Shown here: one piece after another, positions 9,154 through 20,454 of the stretch
How positions within the stretch are numbered: the first letter of the stretch is position 1
How the letters are laid out: every line of letters starts with the position of its first letter
Assembly: GCF_055378805.1 (NCBI RefSeq)
Contig: NZ_AP041107.1
Length of the DNA: 40,000 nucleotides
Strand: one strand, 5' to 3'
Translations under genes and position numbers: made by a program
Notes under the pieces: generated by a model
The model's input: the letters and a program-made list of their open reading frames with translations, nothing else
Told to the model about the DNA's origin: nothing
The model's database searches: none

Positions 9154-9498
9154 CAAGAAAATTATATGAACGATTAAGAAAAATAGAATCGGAAAAGAGA
9201 ATAAAATATATGCAGGGAGTAACAAAACACTCGCAGTGCGTTAATGTGTAACTAACAAATATGATTTTTATTGAAAATAGTCACCAAACAAGTGTTATAA
9301 GAAATACGGGGTATGTTTAAGTAAAACATATCAACAGTTGCAATTCTGTATATGGACAGGATGACGTACAAGTGTAAGTGGCTGATAGCTATTCGCTCAT
9401 AACAAAATCATTATTTTATAAATAGGAATCATCACTTTTTAATCATGTTTTTATTGCAAGTTTATGGAGAATGAGAATATGGAATAAGGAGATGAAAC

Positions 9499-10248
9499 AT
9501 GATTGAAGAAGGGCTGTTACTTCCAATGAATGTTTTGCTTCAAGGACAGAAGTTAACCCTACTGGACCCTGAAATGTGGTTCTTACGGGGAAATGAAAAC
9601 AAGGATGTAACCCTTGTTATTACGATTGGTAATAACCATCAAAAATTAATGGTAGTGGAAGACATATTACTGCTCATTGACCGAAGCCAAATTGAGGTAA
9701 CTGCAGGGAAAGTAATTTATCATCCACTTCGCATTGATATCCTGAGTAAATTATTAGCTTTTATTGATGAATCAACGGGGAGTGTGGAAAGGGAACACCA
9801 TGAGTTGTTTGCTGATGCCTTGCCCTTTGCATCAGAAGTTGTGCTATTCAGTAAAGTTGCAAGTGAAGCCTGGTTTTTAGCCACTTATCTGAGCAGCGAT
9901 AATATTAATGAAATTCTGTTTCAGCATCTAAGAAAAACAGAATGCTATAAACTGGTTCGCTATTTATTATCGCAATCGCTCATACAGACTTCACTCTATG
10001 ATCTTGGTGAGCTTTACGGCGTATCGTATTCACATTTTCGCCGTTTATGTAGTTATGCATTGGGTGGTAAAGTTAAAACGGAATTATGTGGCTGGAGAGT
10101 TGCCAGAGCCGTGTTGGAAATCATTGAAGGAAACAGTGATATGACAACTATTGCGCATAAATATGGCTACTCATCCTCATCACACTTTTCAGCTGAAGTA
10201 AAAAGTCGGTTAGGAAAAACACCGAGAGAACTATGTAAAAAGTTATGA
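9499..10248 (+). CDS. eivF: AraC-family T3SS regulator, InvF homologue
   Basis: 249 aa with a C-terminal AraC HTH (DLGELYGVSYSHFRRLCSYAL, DMTTIAHKYGYSSSSHFSAEVKSRLGKTPRELCK). Overlaps eivG. Confidence 0.88.
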   Translation: MIEEGLLLPMNVLLQGQKLTLLDPEMWFLRGNENKDVTLVITIGNNHQKLMVVEDILLLIDRSQIEVTAGKVIYHPLRIDILSKLLAFIDESTGSVEREHHELFADALPFASEVVLFSKVASEAWFLATYLSSDNINEILFQHLRKTECYKLVRYLLSQSLIQTSLYDLGELYGVSYSHFRRLCSYALGGKVKTELCGWRVARAVLEIIEGNSDMTTIAHKYGYSSSSHFSAEVKSRLGKTPRELCKKL

Positions 10249-11948
10249 AAATAAAATTACGTATTACTATTATATTAATTTCAGCCTTATGCATTTTTAA
10301 TGGATTATTGACTCCTGGTGCATATGCCGCAACAGCGAATGGATACGTAGCAAATAAAGAAAATCTACGTAGTTTTTTTGAAACGGTTTCATCATATGCG
10401 GGTAAGCCTACAATAGTAAGTAAGCTTGCCATGAAGAAACAGATCAGCGGAAATTTTGATTTAACCGAACCCTATGCCTTGATTGAACGCCTGTCGGCGC
10501 AGATGGGACTTATTTGGTACGATGATGGCAAAGCTATTTATATCTATGACTCATCAGAGATGCGTAATGCTCTGATTAATCTGAGAAAGGTATCGACTAA
10601 TGAGTTTAATAATTTCTTAAAAAAATCGGGTCTGTATAACTCTCGTTATGAAATTAAAGGGGGCGGCAATGGTACTTTCTATGTATCGGGGCCACCGGTT
10701 TATGTTGACCTGGTCGTTAATGCTGCAAAATTAATGGAGCAAAACAGTGATGGCATCGAGATCGGACGCAATAAAGTAGGGATTATTCACCTGGTCAACA
10801 CATTCGTTAATGATCGGACTTATGAATTACGTGGCGAAAAGATAGTTATTCCTGGCATGGCAAAAGTACTATCGACGTTGTTAAATAATAACATTAAGCA
10901 AAGCACTGGGGTTAACGTACTTTCTGAAATTTCAAGTCGTCAACAACTAAAAAACGTATCACGTATGCCTCCTTTTCCTGGTGCTGAAGAAGATGATGAT
11001 CTACAAGTAGAGAAAATAATATCGACAGCTGGAGCGCCAGAGACTGACGATATACAAATTATTGCATATCCTGATACCAACAGTTTACTTGTTAAAGGAA
11101 CAGTATCTCAGGTTGATTTTATCGAGAAGTTAGTAGCTACACTCGATATTCCAAAGCGACACATTGAATTATCTTTATGGATAATAGATATTGATAAGAC
11201 TGATCTAGAACAGTTAGGAGCTGACTGGTCGGGCACGATAAAAATTGGATCCAGCCTAAGTGCATCATTTAATAATTCAGGTTCAATTAGTACCCTGGAT
11301 GGGACACAGTTTATTGCAACAATACAGGCACTTGCGCAAAAAAGAAGAGCCGCCGTTGTTGCTCGTCCTGTCGTTTTAACACAGGAGAATATTCCTGCTA
11401 TATTTGATAATAACCGTACTTTCTATACTAAATTAGTCGGCGAGCGTACTGCGGAGTTGGATGAAGTAACCTATGGTACGATGATTAGCGTGCTACCACG
11501 ATTTGCTTCGCGAAATCAAATTGAATTACTCTTGAATATTGAAGATGGCAATGAAATCAATTCTGACAAGACCAATGTTGATGATCTGCCTCAGGTTGGT
11601 AGAACGCTTATAAGTACTATTGCGCGCGTGCCTCAAGGGAAAAGTCTTTTGATTGGTGGATATACACGAGATACGAATACCTATGAAAGTCGCAAGATCC
11701 CAATATTAGGCAGTATTCCATTTATTGGTAAATTATTTGGATATGAAGGAACAAATGCGAATAACATCGTTCGTGTCTTTCTTATTGAGCCAAGAGAGAT
11801 CGATGAGCGCATGATGAATAATGCGAATGAGGCTGCGGTTGACGCCAGAGCAATAACACAGCAAATGGCAAAAAATAAAGAAATCAACGATGAATTACTG
11901 CAGAAATGGATAAAAACTTACCTGAATCGTGAAGTCGTCGGAGGATAG
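10245..11948 (+). CDS. eivG: T3SS outer-membrane secretin, InvG homologue
   Basis: 567 aa with signal peptide and secretin domain (AVVARPVVLTQENIPAIFDNN, VPQGKSLLIGGYTRD, PILGSIPFIGKLFG). Confidence 0.93.
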   Translation: MKIKLRITIILISALCIFNGLLTPGAYAATANGYVANKENLRSFFETVSSYAGKPTIVSKLAMKKQISGNFDLTEPYALIERLSAQMGLIWYDDGKAIYIYDSSEMRNALINLRKVSTNEFNNFLKKSGLYNSRYEIKGGGNGTFYVSGPPVYVDLVVNAAKLMEQNSDGIEIGRNKVGIIHLVNTFVNDRTYELRGEKIVIPGMAKVLSTLLNNNIKQSTGVNVLSEISSRQQLKNVSRMPPFPGAEEDDDLQVEKIISTAGAPETDDIQIIAYPDTNSLLVKGTVSQVDFIEKLVATLDIPKRHIELSLWIIDIDKTDLEQLGADWSGTIKIGSSLSASFNNSGSISTLDGTQFIATIQALAQKRRAAVVARPVVLTQENIPAIFDNNRTFYTKLVGERTAELDEVTYGTMISVLPRFASRNQIELLLNIEDGNEINSDKTNVDDLPQVGRTLISTIARVPQGKSLLIGGYTRDTNTYESRKIPILGSIPFIGKLFGYEGTNANNIVRVFLIEPREIDERMMNNANEAAVDARAITQQMAKNKEINDELLQKWIKTYLNREVVGG

Positions 11949-11952
11949 TGAA

Positions 11953-13098
11953 ATGGCGATTCATGTAGAGCATGTCGGTGTATTAGAAAGAGCCAGAGAA
12001 GTTTCTCGCTTAGAGGACATTATCACAGAAGATAATGAAGATATTGAAGCTGAAATGCCTAAAATGGGGGATGATCCCGCCGGTAAAGAAGCTCGATTCT
12101 TACAAGCTACTGACGAGATGTCAGCAGCGTTAACGCAGTTTATGAAGAAAAAAATCTACGAAGAACAACTGGCCAACTTTCTGGACGGAGAAGAATATGT
12201 CCTGGAAGATCAGCCAATAGAAAAAACCGATAAAGTCATGGAGGCGCTTAAGGCTGCAACTACCCATGACTATGAAGTGTATAGCTTTGCTAAAAAATTA
12301 TTTCCAGATGAAAGCGATCTGGTGGTTGTATTACGTGCAATTTTACGTAAAAAACAAATATCTGAAAATGTGCGGCTAAACGCTGAAGCATTACTTAGAA
12401 AAGTTAATCAAGAGACTACTAAAAAATTCATTAATAGTGGCATTAACTCGGCATTAAAAGCAAAGTTATTTGGCCAGGCATTGTCATTAAATCCAAAATT
12501 ACTAAGGGCAAGTTATCGACAATTTTTAATGGCAGAAGACGATGCTGTAGATACTTATGTAGAATGGATTGGTAGTTATGGCTATCAAAATAGAATGCTA
12601 GTGACAAAATTTATCAAAGAGACGCTTTTCTCAGATATAAATGCACTTGATGCGAGTTGTTCATCATTGGAATTTGGTATGTTTCTCAATAAGTTGTCAC
12701 AACTATTGTCTCTTCAGTCGGCAGAGGCTTTATTTCTGAAAACTTTAATGAATAACCCAATAATTAAAAAATTTATTAGCGCAGAAGATTACTGGATATT
12801 TTTTCTGATATCGTTAATAAAGTTTCCTGAGACTGCAGAGGAACTCCTGAAAAATGCACTGGTAACCCTACCCGCAGATGCTAATTATAAAGACAAAACG
12901 TTACTCCTGAAGGCGATTTACAGCGGATGTACAAATCTTCCATTTTCACTTTTTATTAATAATGAACAATTATTAGAGATTAGGGAGTGTTGTAAACAGG
13001 CAATAAAAGTAACATTTGCAGCAGAGCTCTTTGATACACAAAACAGTAATAAAAAACAAAATAAAAAACCATGGAAGAAGGTAATGTTCAATGTTTAA
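11953..13098 (+). CDS. eivE: T3SS gatekeeper, InvE/SepL-family homologue
   Basis: The downstream Met of the 389-aa ORF follows the eivG stop. Its position between the secretin and export-gate genes matches invG-invE-invA. Confidence 0.87.
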   Translation: MAIHVEHVGVLERAREVSRLEDIITEDNEDIEAEMPKMGDDPAGKEARFLQATDEMSAALTQFMKKKIYEEQLANFLDGEEYVLEDQPIEKTDKVMEALKAATTHDYEVYSFAKKLFPDESDLVVVLRAILRKKQISENVRLNAEALLRKVNQETTKKFINSGINSALKAKLFGQALSLNPKLLRASYRQFLMAEDDAVDTYVEWIGSYGYQNRMLVTKFIKETLFSDINALDASCSSLEFGMFLNKLSQLLSLQSAEALFLKTLMNNPIIKKFISAEDYWIFFLISLIKFPETAEELLKNALVTLPADANYKDKTLLLKAIYSGCTNLPFSLFINNEQLLEIRECCKQAIKVTFAAELFDTQNSNKKQNKKPWKKVMFNV

Positions 13099-15151
13099 CA
13101 AAGTTTTGATAGGGTTAAGGAGTCATCCAGAATTAATAATTCTTGGATTAATGGTGATGATTATCGCCATGCTCATAATTCCATTGCCCACCTACTTAAT
13201 CGATTTTTTGATTGGGCTGAACTTAACATTGGCAATACTTGTGTTTTTAGGATCATTCTATGTTGATAGGATTTTAAGTTTTTCTTCATTCCCATCAATT
13301 CTTCTCATCACAACGTTATTTCGTTTGGCGCTGGCGATCAGTACCAGCCGACTTATACTTCTTGAGGCGGACGCCGGAGAAATTATAACGAGTTTTGGTG
13401 AATTCGTTATTGGAGATAGCCTGGTAGTTGGTTTTGTTATTTTCTCCATTGTTACTATTGTTCAGTTTATCGTGATTACTAAAGGTTCGGAACGTGTGGC
13501 TGAAGTTGCTGCCCGCTTTTCGCTTGACGGTATGCCAGGTAAACAAATGAGTATTGACGCCGATCTACGCGCCGGGATCATTGATGCAGATTTAGCAAAA
13601 GAACGTCGTAGCGTATTAGAACGAGAGAGTCAGCTGTATGGTTCCTTTGATGGTGCGATGAAATTTATCAAAGGTGATGCTATTGCAAACATTATTATTA
13701 TCTTTGTTAATATTATCGGTGGGCTATCAGTAGGAGTAGGCCAAAATGGAATGGATTTCTCGACAGCGTTGACCGTCTACACAATTCTTACCGTCGGTGA
13801 TGGTCTTGTTTCACAAATTCCAGCTTTATTAATTGCTATTAGTGCAGGGTTTATCGTAACGCGCGTGAATGGCGATAGTGATAATATGGGGCAAAATATA
13901 ATGTCCCAGTTATTAAGTAATTCTTTTGTCATTATTGTGACATGTGTCCTCGCGCTAAGTATTGGGTTGCTTCCAGGTTTTCCCCTTCTTGTGTTTTTAT
14001 GTTTGGCAGTAATCTTAGGAATTTATTTTTACTTTAAATTCAAAAAGAAAGGGGTTGAAGAAACGGTTGTTGAGGGAGATATCACCGTTGGGTTGGAACC
14101 CTATAATCAGGATGATGATATTTCATTAGGTATTATTAATAAACTTGATCAGGTTATTACCGAAACGGTACCCTTGGTTTTGATTATGAATAGTGTACAG
14201 GCTAAAAAATACACTGAAATCAATCTTGCTGATAGGATTCGTAGTCAGTTTTTTATTGAGTATGGTATCCGTATTCCCGGTATTGTCATTCGCGAGGGGG
14301 AAGGCCTTAATGATGAAGATGTCATATTAATGCTAAATGAAGTCAGAGCCTCGCAATTTAAAATTTATCATGATCTTGTCTTGTTGGTTGAATATTCAGA
14401 TGAAGTGGTTTCGACTTTGATCAAGAAACCTGTCATCGTAAATAATAATGGTGAACAATATTATTGGGTTACAAAAAGTGATGCCCAAAAATTAACAAAA
14501 ATTGGCTGTTATACTCGCACGGCCATGGATGAAATGTACAATCATTTATCTGTATGTCTGGCTCATAATATTAATGAGTATTTTGGTATACAAGAAACCA
14601 AATATATTCTTGATCAATTAGAGATGAAGTATCCTGATCTATTAAAAGAAATATTAAGATATATAACCGTGCAGCGCATTTCAGAGGTAATTCAGCGTCT
14701 GATCCAGGAGCGAATTTCAGTGCGCAATATGCGTTTAGTTATGGAGGCTTTAGCATTATGGAGCCCACGAGAGAAAGATATAATTACACTCGTCGAGCAT
14801 GTACGAGGTGCATTAGGTCGCTACATTTGCCATAAGTTTTCATATTCTGGAGAAATTAAAGCAATTGTGATTTCGCCTGAAATAGAGGACAGAATCAGAG
14901 ATGGTGTCAGGCCTACCGCTGGCGGTACTTTTCTTAATCTCGATGCATCCGAAGCTGAGATGATTCTGGATAATTTTAAACTGGCTCTTTCTGGAATCAA
15001 TATTCCTATTAAAGACATTATTTTACTGGGATCTGTGGATATTCGTCGTTTTATCAAAAAACTTATTGAATCTAGTTATCGAGACCTCGAAGTACTTTCG
15101 TACGGGGAACTAACGGAAAATGTTCCCGTTAATATTCTGAAAACTATTTAG
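13091..15151 (+). CDS. eivA: T3SS export gate protein, InvA/FlhA family
   Basis: 686 aa, multiple TM segments and FHIPEP motif region ([53 protein letters not shown]). Confidence 0.96.
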   Translation: MFNKVLIGLRSHPELIILGLMVMIIAMLIIPLPTYLIDFLIGLNLTLAILVFLGSFYVDRILSFSSFPSILLITTLFRLALAISTSRLILLEADAGEIITSFGEFVIGDSLVVGFVIFSIVTIVQFIVITKGSERVAEVAARFSLDGMPGKQMSIDADLRAGIIDADLAKERRSVLERESQLYGSFDGAMKFIKGDAIANIIIIFVNIIGGLSVGVGQNGMDFSTALTVYTILTVGDGLVSQIPALLIAISAGFIVTRVNGDSDNMGQNIMSQLLSNSFVIIVTCVLALSIGLLPGFPLLVFLCLAVILGIYFYFKFKKKGVEETVVEGDITVGLEPYNQDDDISLGIINKLDQVITETVPLVLIMNSVQAKKYTEINLADRIRSQFFIEYGIRIPGIVIREGEGLNDEDVILMLNEVRASQFKIYHDLVLLVEYSDEVVSTLIKKPVIVNNNGEQYYWVTKSDAQKLTKIGCYTRTAMDEMYNHLSVCLAHNINEYFGIQETKYILDQLEMKYPDLLKEILRYITVQRISEVIQRLIQERISVRNMRLVMEALALWSPREKDIITLVEHVRGALGRYICHKFSYSGEIKAIVISPEIEDRIRDGVRPTAGGTFLNLDASEAEMILDNFKLALSGINIPIKDIILLGSVDIRRFIKKLIESSYRDLEVLSYGELTENVPVNILKTI

Positions 15152-15155
15152 GATA

Positions 15156-16475
15156 ATGTCTTGCGATATGGAGCATGCTGGTATGAAAAAATTAAAACTA
15201 TTAAATAAATACAGCTACTTACATAGCATAAACGGCTCGCTGATTGAAGCAGAGCTTGACGACGTTTCAGTGGGCGAAGTATGCGAAATTTATGCGAGCT
15301 GGCAAGCAAATGAACGTATAGCCAGGGCTCAGGTCGTTGGCTTTCGCAATGGAAAGACATTATTAAACCTTATAGGCAGCTCTGTGGGGCTTACACGTAC
15401 TGCAGTTTTGAAACCAACGGGAGAGCAGTTAACCATACAGATCAGTGATGCCTTTCTTGGTTCAGTTTTGAATGCTTCTGGTCAAATTATGGAAAGGTTT
15501 GTCCCGGACACTCCAGGCGAAAGGGGAAATTTACGCCTGATTGATGAACTGCCACCGTCGTATCAGGAACGTCGAGTTATTAATACACCACTAGAGACAC
15601 GGATAAGAGTCATTGATGGCGTACTGACATGTGGCATTGGTCAACGTGTTGGGATTTTCGCATCGGCTGGCTGTGGCAAAACGGTTTTAATGCATATGCT
15701 TGTAAACAACACTGAAGCTGATGTGTTTGTTATTGGCTTGATTGGCGAACGTGGAAGGGAAGTTACGGAATGCGCGGAATCGCTGAAAAAATCAGTAAAT
15801 GCAGCAAAATGTGTTTTGGTTTATGCCACCTCTGATTTTTCGTCAGTAGATCGGTGTAATGCCGCCCTGATGGCGACAACCGTGGCAGAGTATTTTAGAG
15901 ATCGTGGAAAGAGAGTTGTACTTTTTATCGACTCAATGACGCGGTATGCACGAGCACTACGCGATATGAAGCTGGCAGCGGGTGAACCACCTGCCAGGCG
16001 TGGTTATCCTGCTTCTGTTTTTGACAGTTTACCTCGCTTACTGGAGAGGCCGGGACCAACATTAAAAGGAAGTATTACTGCGTTTTATACCGTATTACTG
16101 GAGGGGGAGGATGAATCAGACCCACTGGGTGATGAAATTCGCTCAATCCTTGATGGCCATATCTATCTAAGTCGCAAACTCGCTGGGCAAGGTCATTATC
16201 CGGCAATAGATGTACTAAAAAGTGTGAGTCGAGTATTTGGTCAGGTCACTGATGAAAAACACAGAGATAATGCAGCACGGGTAAGGAAGATCCTCACAAC
16301 TTTGGAAGATCTACAGGTGTTTATTGATTTAGGGGAATATCGCGCTGGGCAAAATGCTGAAAATGATTTTGCTATGAATGCCCGGCCTAAACTCACAAAT
16401 TGGTTAAAACAGTCAGTTAATGAAAAAATGCCAATGAGTGAAACGCTAAAAGAGCTTGAACGAATTGTTAAGTAA
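15156..16475 (+). CDS. eivC: T3SS ATPase, InvC/FliI family
   Basis: 439 aa with Walker A ([14 protein letters not shown]), [16 protein letters not shown] and [17 protein letters not shown]. Confidence 0.96.
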   Translation: MSCDMEHAGMKKLKLLNKYSYLHSINGSLIEAELDDVSVGEVCEIYASWQANERIARAQVVGFRNGKTLLNLIGSSVGLTRTAVLKPTGEQLTIQISDAFLGSVLNASGQIMERFVPDTPGERGNLRLIDELPPSYQERRVINTPLETRIRVIDGVLTCGIGQRVGIFASAGCGKTVLMHMLVNNTEADVFVIGLIGERGREVTECAESLKKSVNAAKCVLVYATSDFSSVDRCNAALMATTVAEYFRDRGKRVVLFIDSMTRYARALRDMKLAAGEPPARRGYPASVFDSLPRLLERPGPTLKGSITAFYTVLLEGEDESDPLGDEIRSILDGHIYLSRKLAGQGHYPAIDVLKSVSRVFGQVTDEKHRDNAARVRKILTTLEDLQVFIDLGEYRAGQNAENDFAMNARPKLTNWLKQSVNEKMPMSETLKELERIVK

Positions 16476-16923
16476 AGTTAATCGACTTATCAGAAGAACA
16501 GCGCAGAGCCTGGCTGCATGTGAAGCATCATTACAAAAGTTAAATGCAGAAAAAGAAAAGTTAGTCGAAAAGGAACGCCTGTATGATATGCAACTTAAAA
16601 ACCTACAGTCACTGTTAGATATGAAGGAATTACTCGGCGAAGTTGTATTTCGCCAGGATATATTTTACTCGTTACGTAAAGTTGCAGTCATTCAGCAGCA
16701 GATCGCTGAGATAAATCTTGAAAAGCAAAAAATAGCAGAGCGGCGAAAAATACTTAACAAGGAAATAGTTCAACAGCAAGCACAAAGAAAACACTGGTGG
16801 CTAAAAGGAGAAAAGTACGATCGACTAAAGAAGCGCATCAAAAAACAACTTTTAAATCAGATGCTTTATCAAGACGAGCTTGAACAGGAGGAGAAATATA
16901 ATGGACGAAGTCAAGAAAATTGA
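16456..16923 (+). CDS. eivI: T3SS central stalk/chaperone-escort protein, InvI/FliJ-like
   Basis: 155-aa charged coiled-coil ORF overlapping the eivC 3' end, in the invI position. Confidence 0.85.
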   Translation: MNELLSKVNRLIRRTAQSLAACEASLQKLNAEKEKLVEKERLYDMQLKNLQSLLDMKELLGEVVFRQDIFYSLRKVAVIQQQIAEINLEKQKIAERRKILNKEIVQQQAQRKHWWLKGEKYDRLKKRIKKQLLNQMLYQDELEQEEKYNGRSQEN

Positions 16924-17776
16924 ACATTATAAAAATTTAAACACAGACACATCCGAGAATTCTGCTGCGGATTTAGACAGTTTCTTAAAGAAAAACAAAA
17001 AAAATAAAGAAATGAGTGAGATTGTTGCTGGATCCATTCTCCAGTTATTACGTCAGGCTCAGGATAGCCAATTCCTTACGTTTGGGAAAAAGAATGGGCA
17101 AATGAAGTCTATTGATAACAAATCGTCTCTCCAGGTTGACAGGAATTCTTCTTTTTCTTTGCAAACAAATGGAATAGAGCAACTTTCTACAAAGAAAGTC
17201 CTCAATATGACTTCACGAGATCAGGGTGTTAATTCTGAACTATCTGATAAAGCGATACAATTTAAGGGGGAAATCCATAATGGTATCCATACAGAAAACA
17301 TCACGGTTCAAAACCACAGTAATAATAAAGAGCGTGAAAAAAAATATCGCGATGGAGACAAAAAAAATGGAGAGCAGGCCCATTTATTAGATATTACTAA
17401 CGAAAGAAGGTTTGCTGATAACAAAACCATGTTTACTCAACATATCGAAAAGCAAAGGAATATTCATACGCTCAATCAGAATGATATAAATAATTCTGTT
17501 AATAGTGCCAATGTACCCGAAAATGAATTGACATATCAGTTTCAGCGTTGGGGACAGAATCATACAGTTCGGATTCTGGAAAGTAGTGAAGGGATACGAC
17601 TAAAACCATCAGACACGATTGTCTCCGACAGACTCCATGAAGCCCAACACAATGATGTTACAGCACAACGTTGGGTATTGACTGAGCAAGATGAACGACA
17701 AGGGCAACGACATCAGCCTCATGATGAGCAAGAAAATGAAGGTAAATTCGAAAACGATCAGAAGGACGAAAGTTAA
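16901..17776 (+). CDS. eivJ: T3SS needle length regulator, InvJ-like
   Basis: ~291-aa hydrophilic protein with an SD (GGAG) before ATG at 16901. Syntenic with invJ; overlaps the epaO start. Confidence 0.8.
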   Translation: MDEVKKIEHYKNLNTDTSENSAADLDSFLKKNKKNKEMSEIVAGSILQLLRQAQDSQFLTFGKKNGQMKSIDNKSSLQVDRNSSFSLQTNGIEQLSTKKVLNMTSRDQGVNSELSDKAIQFKGEIHNGIHTENITVQNHSNNKEREKKYRDGDKKNGEQAHLLDITNERRFADNKTMFTQHIEKQRNIHTLNQNDINNSVNSANVPENELTYQFQRWGQNHTVRILESSEGIRLKPSDTIVSDRLHEAQHNDVTAQRWVLTEQDERQGQRHQPHDEQENEGKFENDQKDES

Positions 17777-18375
17777 TGTTCGGTCTGAGAAAAGTAAATG
17801 GAAACACTCATTCCTTTGAAACCACTTTTCAAAATTGGAAAGAAAAGGGTGAAGATGTTGCGTTATTAATGCCCGAATTTAGCGCCAAATGGCTACCGAT
17901 AGCAGAAGAGAGCGGCAGCTGGTCTGGATGGGTGTTACTTCGAGAGTTATTTCCCTTAATTTCTGCCGAGCTCGCTGGGATGGCTTTAATGCCAGAAACG
18001 GAAAGGTTAATAGGGGAATGGCTCAGTTTATCTAGTACCCCGTTAAATCTAAAGTATCCTGAACTAAAATATAATCGTTTGTGTGTCGGTAAAGTATTTG
18101 ATGGAGTATTGAGTCCAGCTCAACCACTGATAAGAATATGGACAGGGGAATTAAATATTTGGTTAGATAAAGTCACAGTCTGCCAATACGAAAACGCTCC
18201 AACGCTAGACAAAAAATCATTATATTGGCCCATTCATTTTGTAATTGGATTTAGTAAAACATGTTATAGAACCATTGTTGATATTGAAGTTGGTGATGTT
18301 TTATTAATTTCAAATAATTTTGCTTATGCGGTTATTTATAATACAAAGATTTGTGATTTAATTTATCCAGAGGAG
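17776..18375 (+). pseudogene. epaO: epaO (SpaO homologue, C-ring/sorting platform), 5' fragment interrupted by IS903-type element
   Basis: 200 genuine codons ending ..CDLIYPEE, followed by four IS-encoded residues (GFVE) and a stop at 18390. Joining across the IS restores the in-frame reading ..DLIYPEELKMVDHFEYEEDFE... Confidence 0.93.
18367..18375. repeat. 9-bp target site duplication, left copy (CCAGAGGAG)
   Basis: Identical to 19433-19441. Confidence 0.97.
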
Positions 18376-19432
18376 GGCTTTGTTGAATAAATCAGATTTC
18401 GGGTAAGTCTCCCCCGTAGCGGGTTGTGTTTTCAGGCAATACGCACGCTTTCAGGCATACCTGCTTTCGTCATTTTGTTCAGCGCTCGTACCAGGGCCAT
18501 AGCCTCTGCAACCTGACCATCGTAGTCACGCAGTGTCAGTGAACCTCCGAACAGCTGTTTTACCCGGTACATCGCCGTTTCCGCTATCGAGCGACGGTTA
18601 TAATCTGTTGTCCATTTCCACCGCGCATTACTCCCGGTCAGCCGCTGATTCGCAACAGCACGGTTACGGTCTGCATATTCACCGGGCCAGTAACCCGCGC
18701 CTTTTCGGGGCGGGATAAGCGCGCTGATTTTCTTACGCCGCAGTTCATCGTGACAGAGCCGGGTGTCGTAAGCGCCGTCTGCCGATGCTGCCCTGATTTT
18801 TCTGTGAGTCTGCCGGATAAGACCCGGGAAGGCTTCTGAGTCCGTCACATTGTTCAGCGACAGGTCTGCACAGATGATTTCATGTGTTTTGCTGTCAACT
18901 GCCAGATGCAACTTTCGCCATATACGACGGCGTTCTTTGCCGTGTTTTTTGACTTTCCATTCGCCTTCACCAAAGACCTTCAGCCCGGTGGAATCAATCA
19001 CCAGATGCGCGATTTCACCTCGGGTGAACGTTTTGAAACTGACATTAACCGACTTTGCGCGCTTGCTGACACTGGTGTAATCCGGGCAGCGCAACGGAAC
19101 ATTCATCAGTGTAAAAATGGAATCAATAAAACCCTGTGCAGCCCGCAGGGTCAACCTGAACACGCGTTTAATGACCAGAACGGTGGTGATGGCGAGATCA
19201 GAATAGCGCTGAGGTCTTCCCCGTGATGAAGGCGTTGCCGACTCATACCAGGCCTGAATAGCTTCATCATCCAGCCAGAAAGTTATGGAGCCACGGTTGA
19301 TGAGGGCTTTATTGTAGGTGGGCCAGTTGGTGATTTTGAACTTTTGCTTTGCCACGGAACGGTCTGCGTTGTCGGGAAGATGCGTGATCTGATCCTTCAA
19401 CTCAGCAAAAGTTCGATTTATTCAACAAAGCC
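18376..19432 (-). mobile_element. IS903/IS102-type insertion sequence (IS5 family, IS903 group), 1057 bp
   Basis: 18-bp perfect terminal inverted repeats GGCTTTGTTGAATAAATC ... GATTTATTCAACAAAGCC, 9-bp TSD CCAGAGGAG on both sides, exact 1057-bp length, transposase ORF inside. Confidence 0.97.
18432..19355 (-). CDS. IS903-group transposase
   Basis: ~307 aa from the internal GTG (VAKQKFKITNWPTYNKALINRGSITFW...), with transposase motifs VIDSTGLKVFGEGEWK, ASADGAYDTR and YNRRSIAETAMYRVKQLFG. The track ORF extends to 19400. Confidence 0.93.
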   Translation of the reverse strand: MAKQKFKITNWPTYNKALINRGSITFWLDDEAIQAWYESATPSSRGRPQRYSDLAITTVLVIKRVFRLTLRAAQGFIDSIFTLMNVPLRCPDYTSVSKRAKSVNVSFKTFTRGEIAHLVIDSTGLKVFGEGEWKVKKHGKERRRIWRKLHLAVDSKTHEIICADLSLNNVTDSEAFPGLIRQTHRKIRAASADGAYDTRLCHDELRRKKISALIPPRKGAGYWPGEYADRNRAVANQRLTGSNARWKWTTDYNRRSIAETAMYRVKQLFGGSLTLRDYDGQVAEAMALVRALNKMTKAGMPESVRIA

Positions 19433-19441
19433 CCAGAGGAG
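19433..19441. repeat. 9-bp target site duplication, right copy (CCAGAGGAG), containing an SD-like AGAGGAG
   Basis: Identical to 18367-18375; 6 nt upstream of ATG at 19448. Confidence 0.97.
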
Positions 19442-19447
19442 TTAAAA

Positions 19448-19789
19448 ATGGTTGATCATTTTGAGTACGAGGAAGATTTTGAAACAGATGACTTTGATAT
19501 CAAAAAAAGCGAAATCGAGATTAATGATGAAAATGACTATCAGCAGATTAATAGTTTTGAAGACTTGCCTGTAAAAATTGAGTTTGTTCTTGGAAAGAAA
19601 ATTATGAATCTATATGAAATAGATGATCTCTGTGCAAAAAGAATTATATCTTTGCTTCCTGAAGCGGAGAAAAATATAGAGATACGTGTAAATGGCGCGC
19701 TAACTGGCTATGGCGAACTTGTTGAAGTGGATGATAAATTGGGCGTAGAAATTCATTCTTGGTTATCAGGGAATAATAATGTCAAATAG
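19448..19789 (+). CDS. epaO: epaO 3' part: SpoA domain, equivalent to a SpaO-short isoform
   Basis: 113 aa (MVDHFEYEED...VKIEFVLGKKIMNLYEIDDL...VNGALTGYGELVEVDDKLGVEIHSWL). SpoA/FliN-like fold. ATG preceded by AGAGGAG at 6-nt spacing. Overlaps epaP. Confidence 0.8.
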   Translation: MVDHFEYEEDFETDDFDIKKSEIEINDENDYQQINSFEDLPVKIEFVLGKKIMNLYEIDDLCAKRIISLLPEAEKNIEIRVNGALTGYGELVEVDDKLGVEIHSWLSGNNNVK

Positions 19790-20444
19790 CATTTCGCTGA
19801 TAGCGATATTATCATTATTTACACTATTACCGTTTATAATAGCATCCGGGACATGTTTTATTAAATTCTCGATTGTTTTTGTTATTGTACGAAACGCTTT
19901 GGGACTTCAGCAAGTGCCATCAAATATGACACTTAATGGGGTAGCTTTGCTATTGTCAATGTTCGTAATGATGCCGGTTGGGAAGGAAATATATAATAAC
20001 AGTCAGAATGAGAATCTTTCATTCAATAATGTTGCGTCGGTTGTTAATTTTGTTGAGACAGGCATGAGTGGTTATAAATCATATTTGATAAAATATTCTG
20101 AACCGGAGTTGGTTAGCTTTTTTGAAAAGATTCAGAAGGTGAATAGTTCTGAAGACAATGAAGAGATAATCGATGATGATAATATTTCAATTTTCTCGTT
20201 ACTCCCGGCATATGCGTTGAGTGAGATAAAAAGTGCATTTATTATAGGTTTTTATATTTATTTACCCTTTGTTGTAGTTGATCTGGTTATATCCAGCGTT
20301 CTGTTAACGTTAGGTATGATGATGATGAGTCCGGTAACCATATCTACACCGATAAAATTAATTCTGTTTGTCGCGATGGACGGTTGGACAATGTTATCGA
20401 AAGGACTCATTTTACAATATTTTGACCTATCCATTAATCCCTGA
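19779..20444 (+). CDS. epaP: T3SS export apparatus, SpaP/FliP family
   Basis: 221 aa, hydrophobic, FliP-family motifs ([34 protein letters not shown]). Confidence 0.95.
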   Translation: MSNSISLIAILSLFTLLPFIIASGTCFIKFSIVFVIVRNALGLQQVPSNMTLNGVALLLSMFVMMPVGKEIYNNSQNENLSFNNVASVVNFVETGMSGYKSYLIKYSEPELVSFFEKIQKVNSSEDNEEIIDDDNISIFSLLPAYALSEIKSAFIIGFYIYLPFVVVDLVISSVLLTLGMMMMSPVTISTPIKLILFVAMDGWTMLSKGLILQYFDLSINP

Positions 20445-20454
20445 GGAAAAAAAT

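Noticed and set aside
9154-9498. Search for a GhoS-like antitoxin next to the GhoT-like ORF
   Set aside because: The gap downstream contains only very short frames and upstream space is ~65 bp; no antitoxin-sized ORF seen, so no TA pair is claimed.
13258-15057. Antisense ORFs within eivA (13258..13449, 13316..13546, 14821..15057)
   Set aside because: Overlap a strongly conserved FlhA-family gene; no supporting signals.
18533-19226. ORFs antisense to or inside the IS903-type transposase (18533..18718, 18850..19080, 18882..19226)
   Set aside because: Overlap a clear transposase on its coding strand; no independent start signals.
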